Origin: Dimorphilus gyrociliatus
Lineage: Eukaryota; Animalia; Annelida
DNA: 64,000 nt
Reading direction: 5' to 3'
NCBI GenBank assembly: GCA_904063045.1
Contig: CAJFCJ010000005.1
Location: 3,590,165-3,654,164, forward strand
Shown piece by piece: positions 39,301 through 52,744 of the stretch. A program made the translations under genes and the position numbers. A model generated the notes under the pieces. That model made no database searches. It worked only from the letters and a program-made list of their open reading frames with translations, and was not told the DNA's origin. How positions within the stretch are numbered: position 1 is the first letter of the stretch; each line of letters begins with the position of its first letter.

Positions 39301-42300
39301 CCGATATATATTTATGTATAAAGACTGCTAATCCCAGTAGTGTCGTTACTTTCGTTAGGCGTGAAAAAGCACGTCCATTGTTCATTAAGTTTGATTCAAT
39401 TCAAATTCTGCAAGTCTCTTTTGTTTCAAATGATAATTTTTTGGAATAACTATGCCTAAATTAAGTCATAAAGGCCAGTTGATCATAAAAAATAAAAAGC
39501 CCAATCGCTAAAATACGCCCCTGAGATACTGGTCAAAATGACAAAAGCTCATCACCTTAGGCATCATCCTCAAATGAGACTATTAAAACAACTAACTCAA
39601 AAATGTAGTACATTCATGGAGACTACATAGTTTATGACTGCTTTGTTTACTTCCATATGTCCACTATATGAGGACTCAAAAGGGCGATGCTTACTTTTTT
39701 TTGTTTGGATGCAAACGAAAACGGATGTTCATTGTTACAAGCAGCTACTTTGAACTACAAATGAAAATACCCTTATCCATTCTCTTCCATCCAACCGGAA
39801 GAACACGCATATATTAGCTGTTAAGACGTTCCTATATATACACACCCTTTCTTGCCGAATATTTCGTCATTTGTCAAAGCGACCAGCCAATTTGTCTCAC
39901 CAATTATTCATACGCTTCTGCCGGACAATACCACTACGCGTGACACAGATTTTCAAGTATAATCGTGTCTTTATGTTATTTTTCCGCAACAAAATCAACC
40001 ATGATTTTCTAAATACTTTGGATTTGAAGAAGAATCAGAGGAGAAAAGTACGATTAGAGGCAATTTAGAGCAAAAATACTGTATACAACTAGTAAATGGA
40101 GGTGAGAGAAAATATCGTAAAGTGTTTTACCAGAACGTGGGGGAGTGTCAACGAAATGTCACACTAACATTCGATACTTTAACGACGTATTGTCAAAAGG
40201 GAGTATTTAAAATTCCTCGCCTCCCTACCCATCTTTGTTAAATCCCGTGCAGAAAATTCCGATTAACTTAAGAGGCGCGCCCAACCGAGACGCTCGTTCA
40301 ACAGCTGACGCTGTATATGACGTCATCGTTTGATTACATAACCGGCCCCCTCACGAACGCCAACTGCTCGACGCTCTTTATCGTTTTATTATTTAAAGCG
40401 AAAAGTAAACTTACTTGCAGCTGAAATTTGTCGTTCTTCTCCCGATTAATTATTCTTGGACTGGCCGTTGTTATATTTCCTAAAGAAAGAATAAAGAAGG
40501 ATCTTAATAATAATAAAAAAAATACTTTATAAAAAATATATTAGACGCAGAGTAAAAGCGCTAAAAGGTTTGGCTTAAGAGAAAACAGAAAACTTAGCCC
40601 ATGGGCGAGGAGTAAGATAATCTTCAGGGTTTAGCTATATGCGGTAGACACTAGAAAGGGAAAATTATTTTCTGACCGAAAGCAGAATTAATTATTTCAC
40701 ACTTCCATTGAATACATTTACCAAACGAATATTCTTTAAAAAAAAAACAAAATATAATTACAAAAGCCTTAGAGAGACAAACAAAACTCTCGTGTCGCGC
40801 GTGTATAATCCGAATAGACAAAAAAAATGGAAAACCAGATACTTTAGATCAATTTTTTTTCTCTCTTACAACTTCAAAGTCTGGAAACACCGTTTTACTG
40901 ATGCTGACAGTAAATTAGGGAAATGTATACACTCAAACCGCAAAGTATATAGTATAAGAATAAACAAAGTTCGGACTTTCGTAAAACAAGCCGACGCCCA
41001 CAGATAATGGTCTTAATAAAGCGAAGAAAGTGAATTATTTTGAATTATGCAAAAGGAAAGTATCTCGAGGCTGTACCGCATCGAATTGAGACATAAGACT
41101 AAGACAAACTCTGTCTAGTTAAGATAAAGGATTTGGCATCTACTGTCGTCTTTATATTTCTTTCTAGTAATTACTTAGCAATTTTTCAATCTCAATGAAT
41201 GGAATCTTTGTAGCCCAATAAACAAGCCGATCGATTCGTTTCGCTTCGTATACCCTGAAATTTTCGTATACGGACCTGCTCTAAATCCGCTTGTCAGCCT
41301 TTTCAATACCATTCGAAATTAATTTCTTTCAATTGCGCAAGCGAACCGTTATCAATCGGTTAAAAATAACCAAAAAAAGGAAAAAAACGAAATTAGTTAT
41401 CTTTACTGTAACAGGTTGAAAAGGCGCTTATTAATGTAGGCGTTAAGGGTAAAGATTAAAAAAAGTAGACTAAATAAGAGGCACGCAAAAAAGCATTAAC
41501 TAATTATTCAATTAGGATTCGGGATGGATAAAAAAAGTTTAATCTTGTTGTCGTAGCAGGAGGAGATATATGACTGTTTTGGGCATTGTACGTTGTTCGC
41601 AATTAGTCAAACGCATTGAATAGTCATTTTTCAAAGGACTCTATTATTTACCGTATTAAATAAGCCTTGCATATGTCTATAAAGACATCTGACTCGGGTA
41701 GTCAAATTGATGGATGAGTACTTCAAAGGTATTAGAAAGTTAGAAAGTTCATTGTAACTCCATTTCGGTCCGTTTAGCGTATTTCACGTTCTGTAGACTT
41801 CCGAACCAGGGTATTAGACGGATTTAACCAATTCAACCGGAATACTTTCATTATGCTTATATGATATTAGACGTTAAAAATCCTCTACTACTCTTACACG
41901 CTCATATGATATATATTAAATAAAGGAAATCTAAATATTTATTCGCTTCGCAGAGCTTTCTTATAACACACTCGTAAAGAGCGTGTAATCTTATAGGACG
42001 GTCATCAATCAAATATTTCTCATAAGCGTAAGTCTACCAAAGCCTAAAACTGACAGCTAGAAAACTAGAAAGGGTCTATTTCAATTCTCAGCGATGACGG
42101 GTCATGTATGCTTCCTCTATCAGTAAATCAATTACTTGAATAGACGGCTTGAGTTGGGTCGGAAAATATTAACCATAGCCCGGGGTATATGGAAAAGCTT
42201 TATGTATATGCGTAAATATATATATATCTATTGGTAATCAATAACCTACGTATCGAATATCAATTGTTTTTTGTACAAGAGTAAGGGCTTTTAACAAACA

Positions 42301-45300
42301 ATGGTCAGCGTGCATCAATCGGCCCCTTACAAACTTTTGAAAAATTCATTTTGCCCATGGCAAAAAAAAACGTACAAAGCTCATTAAATGTAACAAATGA
42401 TACTCAGGTGAGTAGTTCGATCCGTGGGACAAATAGATGAGAGATTTTACTTCAGCAATTAGCAATCATCTATCAAACATTATTCTCCCTTCGCTATCAT
42501 AAAAGGCAAAAAAAAAAGGAGAGGGGAGGGGGAGATAGAAAGAAACGCTAAATGTTCCGTGAACCAGAGCGTATTCGTGCGAAAAGCGCTAAAGCCAGGT
42601 GGTAAATTCAAAAACTTTCTTCTCCATCGATTTTGCATTCAGCCCTCTCTCGTAAATATAAACTTGTCAGACAGACGAGCATTTAAGAAAACCTGGCGTG
42701 TTAATCTCATACTCACCAGTATAGTTATCTATCTTGAAAAAGTGCTGGGGATCTCCTTTAATTATTTCGTATGTAATTATTGATGGAACCCGATCTTGGT
42801 CAGTAGCTCTCAATTGTATGACGGGTCGTCCCGGACGGGAATTCTCAGGGATGGATGGTCTATAGACTTGCTGTGATGTTCTTGGAGCATTATCATTGAC
42901 GTCCTTTATATCAATATTAACGAAGGTCACGTCGGATTTGGATACTAATCCTTTATCCGCTACATGAACTTCTATCCAATAGTTGTCTACAGTTTCACTG
43001 TCAAATTTTGCATTGGTTCGAATCTCTCCTGTTTAGAAAAAATAAAGATTTGTTAAAAATACCCTATTATACTGAAAAAAGATTTAACAGGGCATTGAAA
43101 GTGGAAAGGAAAGGAAAAGACGTCACGCGCGGAGCGTTCTCACAGTATTGTGGACGTCTTTCTGTAGTAATGGCTCGAGTGGCTTTTTTAAAAGAGGTCG
43201 CTAGAGGGTTAACTTTTGTTACTCGTCCTTTCATCTGAACGACATATACGCTTTACTTCCGTGTCCTTTTCATCATGCGCGTCGCATTGTATTTCGGCTT
43301 TTTTGCTGTTTGTTCTGTTTGCCAAACGACATATGCTAACAATCTGTTTCAAAGCAATAACGGAGTCGGGTGGAAATTCTATCATACAAGATTATATAGT
43401 TTAGCCTTTTACCAGTGTTTAGATTCACTTTACTTGAACCTCAGATCGATATAATGTTTTGAAACGAGGGGAGAAAAAAAAATGAAGTGATAAAGGTTAT
43501 TCGCATTCCTTGCCTATTTTGAGTCAATACAACATTTAATAGAACCTTTTAACCGATAACAGTCAATGGAACCTTCTATGATCTGTTACCATATACATGA
43601 TTTTGAAAGGAAAATGTCTACGCTATAATTTATATACCTTATATATATATATATATATACAATAGCTCAATGAATAATTGGGTAGGTTACACTTTTGTAG
43701 TGTTAAATATAACGTTATTTCTGAAAAAAAGCGGCTTGAATGCACCTATGAACAGAAGAAAGATAAAAAAGAAATTAAAAAGATTTTTATTGAGATTATG
43801 TTTTACTCTCATTCAGAAAAAGAGGCACGCTATGATTAGAACAAACGTAAGGGCGAGTACACCATAGAGATTCCCCCACCCAACGTTTTGCACTTAGCTA
43901 TTGCGATTTTATTAACGAAAAGATACAACGCCGTTTGCGTATTCATATTCATTCATTAATAGAGTTTGTGACCGTTGCACGATATCGTGTGAATTGCTAG
44001 TAATTGCGATTGACACGGCCCGATGTTTCATTGTCAAATTGTTTGGTTGTTTTTTTTTTATCTATTGAAAGCTCCCTCGCTTTTTATATTCATCATGCAG
44101 AAAAACGACGGGAAATTACTCTCTCTTCTTTTCTTAGACGTTTTACGCCCCCCTCTCTACGTCTTATTAATCGCTATATGCACCTTCCATTAATTTGCAT
44201 ATAGATCAATACACATTCCGTTTTTTTTAACGAGACCCTCACTTGACCTCGCTATAACCTCTTCCCGACCTAAACAGAACGTCTAACCGCCTACGCATTC
44301 TCCATTAGGGTCGTATATTTTAGGCGGCCCGTCTAGCAGGAGAAAGAATGTATTGATACAGCTGTGCTCCTCCTATAAAAGAATACTGACGATTCCTGCC
44401 ATGCGTTGTAGCCTTCAATTAGTTAAAAGATTAGGCCTAGATGCATGTACAATCCCCAAAAAGTGGCCATAGATATTTCATTGGCCGCTCTCTGGCGCAC
44501 ACTCTTTTTGTCTTATTGGTATACACTTCTTTACAGTTCATATATTCAGTAGTTGTATAAATACGGGAAACCTGTGTAAAGCTATAAAGTAGAGTGGTTT
44601 GGAAAAATGAGCAAAAATAATCTAGGACTGTTGGCAAGTGGGATGATTGCTGATTCCCAGCCATCATCACAAGTAGTCACCTGTTGGATTTCTCATAAAA
44701 AAAATACTACACGCGTGAAAGAGTAAAGTAGGGTCGAATTATTGATGCAGCAATACATCAGCAGAATAATTGACTCTGATAAGAGCTTGGCAAAAAATAC
44801 CTAAAAGCAAATAAACAGTCTAGACTTCAAGATATAGCCCTATGCATTATACAAGCCACAGACGCCAATAAACGAAATAAAATGCGAAAATTTAGTCAAA
44901 AAATATTTTTACATGAGATAAGACTAAATGATGACTAATTCGTATTAAATATTATAAGGACAGTGCAGATTAAAACACGGAATTTCCACCTATCACTGAA
45001 TAACCTATGCCTAAACGTCTGTTGTTGTCCTATAAATCTTTCCCACGAAAATTAATCAAACGTAGTAAAAATTCCCATACTGTAAAGCTGAATTGAGTGG
45101 GATGATTAAATAACAGTTATTGATAACGATAACAATGAAGGATCGGTACGTTAATCTATCAATTATCAAAGTATTTACTCATACTGGAAAAACAACCGGA
45201 AAATGACGTACTAGCTGAACCCGGTTGTAAACTTCAAAAAGAAATATATACAGTATATATTTAATATATATATATATACTGTATATAAGATATGTACTAT

Positions 45301-48300
45301 ATAAGTACAACACCAAAAAATTCAGAAAAATAAGGCTAAATATCAAATCCATTTGCAAATAGTCGGTCTCTTACATGTCAAAAAATTTTACGTCAGAGTA
45401 TTAAGGGAAAAAAATGATAGGTGACAAACCGATCGGACTAGGGATTTGTTTGCAGTAGGGAAGGTAAATAGAATAGTCGTATTGGATTTATGTTTATTTG
45501 TTGATAAACCTACTCCTTTTTATATCCAGCTTTACTATTTAATCGCTCAGCTTCTACTCTTTCAATAATATGTGGATGATCGCTAATTAGCGAACTGACT
45601 ATTGTCACCAATGTCACCAATTGTACGTACCTTCATTGTTAATAGTGAATAAGCCAAGGCCAGTTCCGCCACGAATTGAATAAGTCAGATCGTAATTTCT
45701 TTCCTCCTCGTTATCCTTTTTATCTTTATCCACAGCGTTCAATTGGGCGATAAATGTGCCTCGTTCAACATTTTCCGGAACAGCAAAAGAGAAGACACTG
45801 TCTCCAAAGCGGGGGGAGTAACGATTCTCATCGACGTCGGTAATTTCGATTTTTAACTTGCACCTCGAACTAAGGCTATGTTTTCCCCGATCTTTTAACA
45901 ATATCGTCAGGTTATACGACGTTTTCAAAGAATATCGTAATTCGGTCTGTAAACGGATTATTCCTGTCGTTTTGTCAATGCTGAATGGTGGTTTCGATTT
46001 CAATGTTTTCCTCACAAAGTTATATCGTATTCGTCCCGAATTTCCCAAATCACCGTCTTTGCCGTGTACAACGGTTACAACTGAACCAACAGGCAAATCC
46101 TCTCTAACGTGCAATATCGGAGATGAAATTAAACAAACAGGAACATTATCATTCACGTCAGTTACGTCTACAATTACTCGAGTACTAGACTCCAACTGCA
46201 CTTTTCTACCCATATCGGTAGCCGTGACTATTAATTCATAGTTATCAATTTCCTCTCTATCCAACTCTTCCATTACTTTTATTCGACCAGTCTTTTCGTC
46301 AACATTAAAACGTTCATTTTCCAGTTTATATAGAATCATACTATTTGGCCCTGTATCTGCATCAGTTGCGCTAACCTGCAGTATTTCGCTATTAGGCTTA
46401 GTATTTTCTGGTATAGAAATTCGGTAAATTTTGCGTTCAAAAATGGGATAATTGTCGTTGACATCACGAACATTTACAATTAACTCTCTTGTCTGCATTT
46501 TAGGTATATTTGCACTATCCGAAACAGTAACGGATAATTTGTATAATTTCTTTCTTTCCCTATCAACACCACCGAAAATTAAAAGTCGGCCGAACGTATC
46601 GGTGGTTTGCATTTTGAACGCCCCATCCTCGTTTCCTGAACTGATGACAAACACGAGACGCCCATTATATCCTGGATCGTCGTCACGAGCCGTTATCGTG
46701 GCTATTGTTACATTAGGAGCGACATCTTCATCTATAGAAACTTCTTGTGGGAAATCAAGGAACTGTGGAGCGAATCGGTTTTCATATAATCTTGTCGCCA
46801 TTGGCAAATCACGAGAGTTAAAATGTGGTGCTGTTTTTGTATTATTAATTGCTATAAGCGCTTCTTCATTATCTAGACATCGAATCAACCTGGTCTTCTT
46901 TCTGTTTCGTAGGTACTTAACTGAAATCTTCGTAGGACGAATAGCTTTATATTTATCGCTATCCTTCGCGGAAACAAATAAATTCTCAGTTAATGTACCT
47001 CTTTGATGTCGTCTTTTTCTGATGTCAGTATTATTAAAAGTCAAGACTCCCGATTCTGGATTAATAGAAAAAGACTTTTTTGCAGTACCTCCTGTTATTT
47101 CCATTCTCACGGGATTTCCATCGGGGTCCATTGCATTTACTGGTAGCTCACGGAAAGTATAAGAGGTTGCTCGTTTGTTTATTTCGATAGTACACGATTT
47201 TTTCATCATAATTGGTGGATTGTCATTAACGTTTGTAATCTCCAAAGTAATATTCTGATGGGCTGTTCTCTGGAAGGGTGAGCCAGAATCCCTTGCCACA
47301 ACTATAAGATTCCAAACACGAATACTATAATCATAATCAAGTTCATTAGTTGTGAAAAGCTTGCCATTGTTTCGATTAATGACAAATGGACATTTTAATT
47401 TTTTATTACAGTTCTTTAATATGTAGGTTACTTTACCGTTGTAACCTGAATCAGCATCTGTAGCTTTGAATTGTAGAATTAATTTACTAACAGAATTCTC
47501 AGAAACGAACATTTTAGGTACTTTCGGCTTGAAAACTGGAAAATTGTCATTGCAATCTTCCAAAGAGATACGAACTACGGCTGAAGACACTTTTCTAGAC
47601 GCTTTATTGGCTTGATCCTGAGCTTTTACTATCAATACTACAGTCTTTTGTTTCTCATAATCAAGAGAATTTGCTATGCGAATAACGCCTAGTCGACCAT
47701 CTATCGAAAACCAATTACGTTCGTTTCCCGATTCGATCGAGTAAAAAATTTCGGCATTCTTCCCCAAATCCGTATCTTTGGCATTTAGCTTAATAACAGG
47801 CGTTGAAACAAGAGCGCATTCACTAACGTACGCTGTAAAGTTGTTAGACTTGAAAAGAAAGTGCGGTGCGTTGTCATTCATATCCGATATAGCAACGTGT
47901 ATACTATAATTGTTGGACTGGAACGGATTTCCCTTATCCTTAGCTTCAATTGTCAGGTTAAAGCCCATTGGAAAGGCTTCTCGGTCAACGCTTTTTCTGG
48001 CGATTAGCCTATATTCCTTCTTATCCCGTTTAACAATGTCGAAGTAACCGTGCGAATCGCCATCAACAATCCTTACTGAATCAATTTGACCCTTTCTTCC
48101 CTTATCCCTGTCGGTTACATCGAAAACTGCATAGATGACATTCTTCGCACCATCTTCAATTAAATTTGGAAGTTCTTTCACTCTGAATTCAGGACGGTAT
48201 ATATTAACAGGAATAACGTTTACGATTAGAGTTATTTTTTGAGAGAATCTATCTTCTAGTTTCATATATGGTCTAGATTTATAACCGTTTATAGCAATGA

Positions 48301-48973
48301 CGGAGAGTTTATATATTTTTTTAGTAGATTTTTCTAAAAGAAGAGGTTTTGCAACTATTACCCATCCGGTTAATGGATCAATGAAGAATTCTTCGGAATA
48401 TTCTAAGAAAGAATAGTAGATAGCACTATGCTTAGTCAGATAGTCGTAATCTTTCGCCTCGAATCTGGCTAACTTGGAAAAGGTGGTAATGTTTTCCGGT
48501 ACGCTGATATTTCTTTGCAGATCGCCTTCATCAACCCAATACGGGCCTAGATCATTCCTATCTTCTACACGAACTGTAACATGTGCAAAGCAAAATAATG
48601 ATTCGCCGACCAGCGACGCTTTAACTTTAAAATTGTAAATGGATCTTTCTTCATAGTTAAAACTCCAAAAGTAACTTGGCTTTGTTGAGAAATCGGCAAC
48701 AACAAACCTATCGCCAAATGGTCTCTTATGAACAATGAATAATCCGCTATCGTCATCTACAATTTCCATAATAACTTTATCATAAGTCCAATTTTCATGT
48801 GCTAAAGAGACGCCAGCTAGTTTTCTATTATGCTGTAGCACCTGAGACTCTTCCGCAGCGGTTAAATTGTAATTCGAGTAAGTAAACTCAAATTTGATTT
48901 TGTCCGCGAGATGAACAGATAAGTCGGCTAAGAAGACGACTAAGAATTTGATTAAAAGTCCGTTAAAAGTCAT
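24330..48973 (-). CDS. FAT1: Fat-like atypical cadherin (FAT1/FAT3; Drosophila Fat2/kugelei type), ~4,400 aa. Exons: 48973-45631, 43028-42717, 40479-40415, 38778-38265, 38185-38040, 37807-37597, 36754-36549, 36489-36429, 35427-33956, 33897-33711, 33616-33395, 32540-32413, 32345-31193, 31089-30271, 30173-29953, 29887-29503, 29432-29287, 29212-28805, 28738-28412, 28076-26861, 26775-25612, (25393-25361 optional), 24871-24810, 24752-24330
   Basis: Signal peptide, then a long array of cadherin repeats (LDRE/LDYE, DxNDNxPxF, AxDxD), EGF-like repeats, a single laminin-G domain and a TM helix (VLIACGIIIILILFALSLVCLI). The cytoplasmic motifs PPIPQRPSSYTPS and YAWDTSDW and the PDZ-type end QTQV match FAT1/FAT3 rather than FAT4. 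The summed exons (13,191 nt without the microexon) are a multiple of 3 with matching phases. The symbol denotes the FAT1/2/3 group, not a specific paralog. Confidence 0.95.
25361..25393 (-). other. Candidate 33-nt cassette microexon of the Fat-like gene
   Basis: Minus strand: polypyrimidine tract ...tttttttatcaatgcaccttcag|GAAACTATTTCAAAGTACCAACTACTAATAAAG|gtacaa. Length 33 nt, phase 1-1, no stop codon. Confidence 0.6.
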
Positions 48974-49807
48974 TATGCCGATCTATGATTATCCTTAAAA
49001 GTTATTGTCGGCATTGCTTAATAAAATCGCTCTATTATCAAAACTTATACTTCACATTGTCCGAAAAATAAAACATGTTCACTACATCTGCTCAGATCGC
49101 AGAATGGTAAATGGGACTCGTAGCGGTTATAGGGCGAAACTTTCCTCCTCCGCGACAAAAGTTTTAGCGGCCAGAAAATATATTTTTATTCGGCAATTTG
49201 CCTTAATACAACAGAAACTGATTGAATACGGTCTATTAGTATTTTGGCAGTTGACGGTCTCAACCTAAATTCTATAATACTCGAAAAAAAAACCGCTTGC
49301 CTAATCTCACTGACTCGCGCAATAATATTGCTACATATACGACCCCTAGTGAACGGAAGTGGCATTTTCTCAGCCTATATAAAAAACAGACGACGTCTAC
49401 CGGTATATTTTCTGCCGTATATAAATATATATATATAAGTGAAATTATCAATTAACTTTTTACGATAAAGATAAGGAATAACCAAGTAGATCTGATTAGC
49501 TACTTTTCACCAATAAACAGTCCTTTCATAAAAAACAGAATATAAATAACAGTATGTAAATACTCATAGTAAAAAATTCTGCTCTACTTATTCATTAATT
49601 TCTACTGATAAAAGTAAATAAAATGTATTAAAAAAAATTCCTTTACTAAAAGATAAATAAGAAGAAAACGAAAAAAAAAATTTTAACGTTTTATCTTCTT
49701 CATTTTTTTTTTATTGTTATTTTTATTGTTCAATAGAAATTCAATCAGTAAAAAAAGAGCCTTTTTCTCTCTTTTATCTTTTTTAATAAATATATATTTA
49801 TATTTAT

Positions 49808-49811
<4 letters not shown>

Positions 49812-49860
<49 letters not shown>
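49812..49860. repeat. (CT)n microsatellite
   Basis: Direct run. Confidence 0.95.
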
Positions 49861-49862
<2 letters not shown>

Positions 49863-50102
49863 TCTCTACCTCTCTTTACCTTTCCTTTTTGTCCTATATA
49901 TGGAATGCCGCAATAAAATTCCTGTAAACATTGCCACATAGGCCTTTATCTAACATTCCGTAATAGTTTAAAGCCATATACACTCTCAAATTTTAACAAT
50001 ATCTTGTCAATGTATATTCAATTTGCACTGAGTACTATTATGAGTTTGTTCCATTTCGAAACGACAAAAGACTCTAGTAAAAATACAGTACTTTTCTCAT
50101 TC

Positions 50103-50200
50103 AGTGAGTGAGTGAGAGATAGAGAGAGAGAGAGATAGATAGATAGATAGATAGATAGATGTATAGATAGATTGATTGATAGAAAGAAAGAAAGAATGAA
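50103..50200. repeat. Compound microsatellite (TGAG)n-(AG)n-(ATAG)n-(ATTG)n-(AAAG)n
   Basis: Adjacent short-period runs read directly. Confidence 0.9.
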
Positions 50201-50453
50201 AGGAAAAAGAAATTTATGGGCCAATATTTATGTATCATTTATTTACTTTATAATTGATAATTCCGGTAATTTTAGTTATATTTTCAACCTCTCAACCAAT
50301 AATTTAGGTACTGTTAATTGATCTGCTCGATTAAGTAGGCCAAAATTACAAATATGGTCATAGAATGAACAAATATTTCTAAACAGTTTTTAACATTTTC
50401 TCAATAAAGTTAACTTGTATAAAAATATATATACTAATATTTATATATACATA

Positions 50454-51923
50454 CTAAAAGAAATCGGAAGCAGCGGATCTAACTCTTTCACTTCTCGACT
50501 TAACTAATGGCGAATACTTGTCTTGAACATTCAATTCTCGTTCACTTTTATGTTCAGTTTGTCTCTTTCTTTTTACTAGAAGGTTATCTGTTAATGATGG
50601 TGTCCTCTTACCCAACAATGTGGGCGTGCTCCTGTCATTTATGGGCGTTGTAGGGGTTTTAGCCTTGGGCGATGGAGTGTAAGACGACTTGAGAGCTTTA
50701 TCCGTTGATGTACGGATGCCCAACTTTCTCTGTAAGTTATGACCAGCTGGAGAAAGTGATGAACTTCCAAATTTTGGTGTATGGAATGACGAGTGTACGT
50801 GTTGTAAAGTTTTATTCTTTTTATCCCGGTGGGCTTTTAAGTTTTTTTCAGAAAGCTCTAGGGCGATCTTATCTCTTTGAGGCAAGTCGGGTACCTTAAA
50901 AATCGGCCCGCTATCAACAGATGGCGTGCTGGGTGGATCTAATCTGGCAGGCGTAGAAGCAATATTACCCCAAGACATAAGTGGCGATTCGTTAACGCCT
51001 GGACAAGGCGACGGGGTAGCCAAATAACCATAGCCCCCGGCACCGGGCGTGGTTGCAGCTAATTCTTTACCATCTATTCCATATTTTCCTTTTAATTGGT
51101 GAATGGCATTGCTAGTTGCGTCCTTCAAACTTTTGGCGGCGTCTTCAACCGACATTTTCTTTTGTAATCTTGTATTTTTATGAACAATTTCTCGAGGCGC
51201 AATTTTTTGTTGTTCAATTTTTTCTTGCTCTGAATATTCCATTCCTTCAGGAAAGTACATAAGTTCATTCTTTCCTTTATAATTCCAAGTAGCTAGGGCC
51301 TTTTGGGGTTCTTTCGCCTGATCTTCTATACTAGGTAAAGCTTTTTGACTATTTGTTGCCTCATCAGCAGAATTTTTATATAACCAGGCGTGTTTTAAAC
51401 GGTGTTTTATATCATTTTCTCGCATAATTTCCGAAAAGGATTCGTTATCTTCGCTGGTATTCTTCGAAAGATATTTATCGAGTGTCAGATTACCATCATT
51501 CTTTTTCTCCGGGTTTATGTCTGGATTTTCCTTCTTTAAACTTTCGTCTTCCGGTCCTATCACTTTTTCACCAGTCAAAGGGTTCATTTCAGACTCGGGT
51601 TGAGGAACGGAGAGTAATGGCGTTCCACCATGGTTCGAATACATAGGAGTAAACTTACCGCCATGTTTCAAATGTAATTCTCTTAATTTGGCGTAATCCT
51701 TCTTCTCAACGGCTTCCATATACTCTTTCTCTGCTTTTAACATAGGTAAGTCGGGGAAAAAATCCCTTTCAATGATGTTTTCTACTTGCTCCGTGTATGT
51801 ATCTTCGCCCAAAACATTTTTCTTTGGTTTTTTGACAAGACCGCTAAATTCTTTACGTTTAGCTACCATCAAGGCTTTCTGTCCAGGTTTATCCAAAACG
51901 AGAGACTTCTCCTTGTTGTCCAT
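50454..51923 (-). CDS. ESS2: Splicing factor ESS-2 homolog (DGCR14/ES2), single coding exon, 489 aa
   Basis: VLGEDTYTEQVENIIERDFFPDL, LTLDKYLSKNTSEDNESFSEI, KNELMYFPEG, GYLATPSPCPGVNESPLMSWG and FKVPDLPQRDKIALEL, with an S/T-P-rich tail. These blocks match the ES2 family. Confidence 0.92.
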   Translation of the reverse strand: MDNKEKSLVLDKPGQKALMVAKRKEFSGLVKKPKKNVLGEDTYTEQVENIIERDFFPDLPMLKAEKEYMEAVEKKDYAKLRELHLKHGGKFTPMYSNHGGTPLLSVPQPESEMNPLTGEKVIGPEDESLKKENPDINPEKKNDGNLTLDKYLSKNTSEDNESFSEIMRENDIKHRLKHAWLYKNSADEATNSQKALPSIEDQAKEPQKALATWNYKGKNELMYFPEGMEYSEQEKIEQQKIAPREIVHKNTRLQKKMSVEDAAKSLKDATSNAIHQLKGKYGIDGKELAATTPGAGGYGYLATPSPCPGVNESPLMSWGNIASTPARLDPPSTPSVDSGPIFKVPDLPQRDKIALELSEKNLKAHRDKKNKTLQHVHSSFHTPKFGSSSLSPAGHNLQRKLGIRTSTDKALKSSYTPSPKAKTPTTPINDRSTPTLLGKRTPSLTDNLLVKRKRQTEHKSERELNVQDKYSPLVKSRSERVRSAASDFF

Positions 51924-52744
51924 TTTTAAGAATATTACGATATTCTTACAAAATAACAGAGAGCGATATTAGAATAGTACTTCAATGCTATGTCGTAAAC
52001 GTTGGGTGTATTTTGGAAAACAAACAACGCCATCTGCTGTTTATTGAATTTCTTTAAAGTAATGGCGGTGAATTTGAAATTCTCTTTTATGAAAAAGATA
52101 CTTAACCCAGTTTAAAAGTCGTAAAAAGGACGAGAGAGGAAGGAACGGAGCAAAATAGCATAAAGAGAAAGGGGCGGGAAAATAAAATATAACTGAAAGC
52201 TATAAAATTGTATTCATACCCCGATTGGGTGCAATAAACATTTAAGAAAAGTCTTAAGAAATAAGAATAAGCTGCGTAAAATTGACTTTTTAGTAAGCAA
52301 ATACAACACATATTTTGGGAAACTAATTAGCAAATAAAGTATGCGAACTTTAAGTCCCGCAACTAAGTAGATGACGTCAGGAGCACGTGATCTTTATACA
52401 TCATGCACAATACGAATAGAGTCGGGCGCTGATAGAGCTTCAGTGGAGACGTTTATTGGTTAACTACACGCGAAGCTATTACTATTTAAAAAAGAAAGAA
52501 AGAAACCAATTGACGGTTGAAACAGGAGGAAAAGAAAACGACTACTTTGCTCTTCTCTCTATGACAATTTTTTTTTACAGTTGGCTAGCTGGAGGTAAAT
52601 GCTAAGACAAATCATGGAGCCTATCTAAAATTGCAAATTGCGGCTTAACTCCACTCTTTAAACTATATAAACTACGACTCGCAAACAACTGTAAAAGAAC
52701 CAATTGGTTGCTTTTCTTCTATTTTATTCAACAGGAAAATAAAT

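Noticed and set aside
43113-43162. Hairpin AAAGACGTCAC...GTGGACGTCTTT in Fat intron 1 as a pre-miRNA
   Set aside because: The stem is only ~12 bp with a large loop, too short for a canonical precursor. It cannot be supported without small-RNA data.
25603-47006. Plus-strand ORFs opposite Fat exons (e.g. 30684-31028, 45858-46241, 46452-47006) and similar antisense ORFs over HELQ and PPWD1 (9928, 10326, 13170, 13629)
   Set aside because: These are shadow frames of real coding exons, with no independent splice signals or protein-like features.
24330-48973. FAT4/Drosophila fat or a Dachsous/Celsr cadherin
   Set aside because: Only one LamG domain and a single TM are present, and the YxWDTSDW and QTQV tail motifs are of the FAT1/3 type.
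49714-50224. ORFs 49714-49941, 49745-49939, 50018-50224 (and 21230-21463, 37216-37453)
   Set aside because: They are translations of microsatellite or AT-rich low-complexity DNA (LSLSLS, RERERE, YIYIYI).
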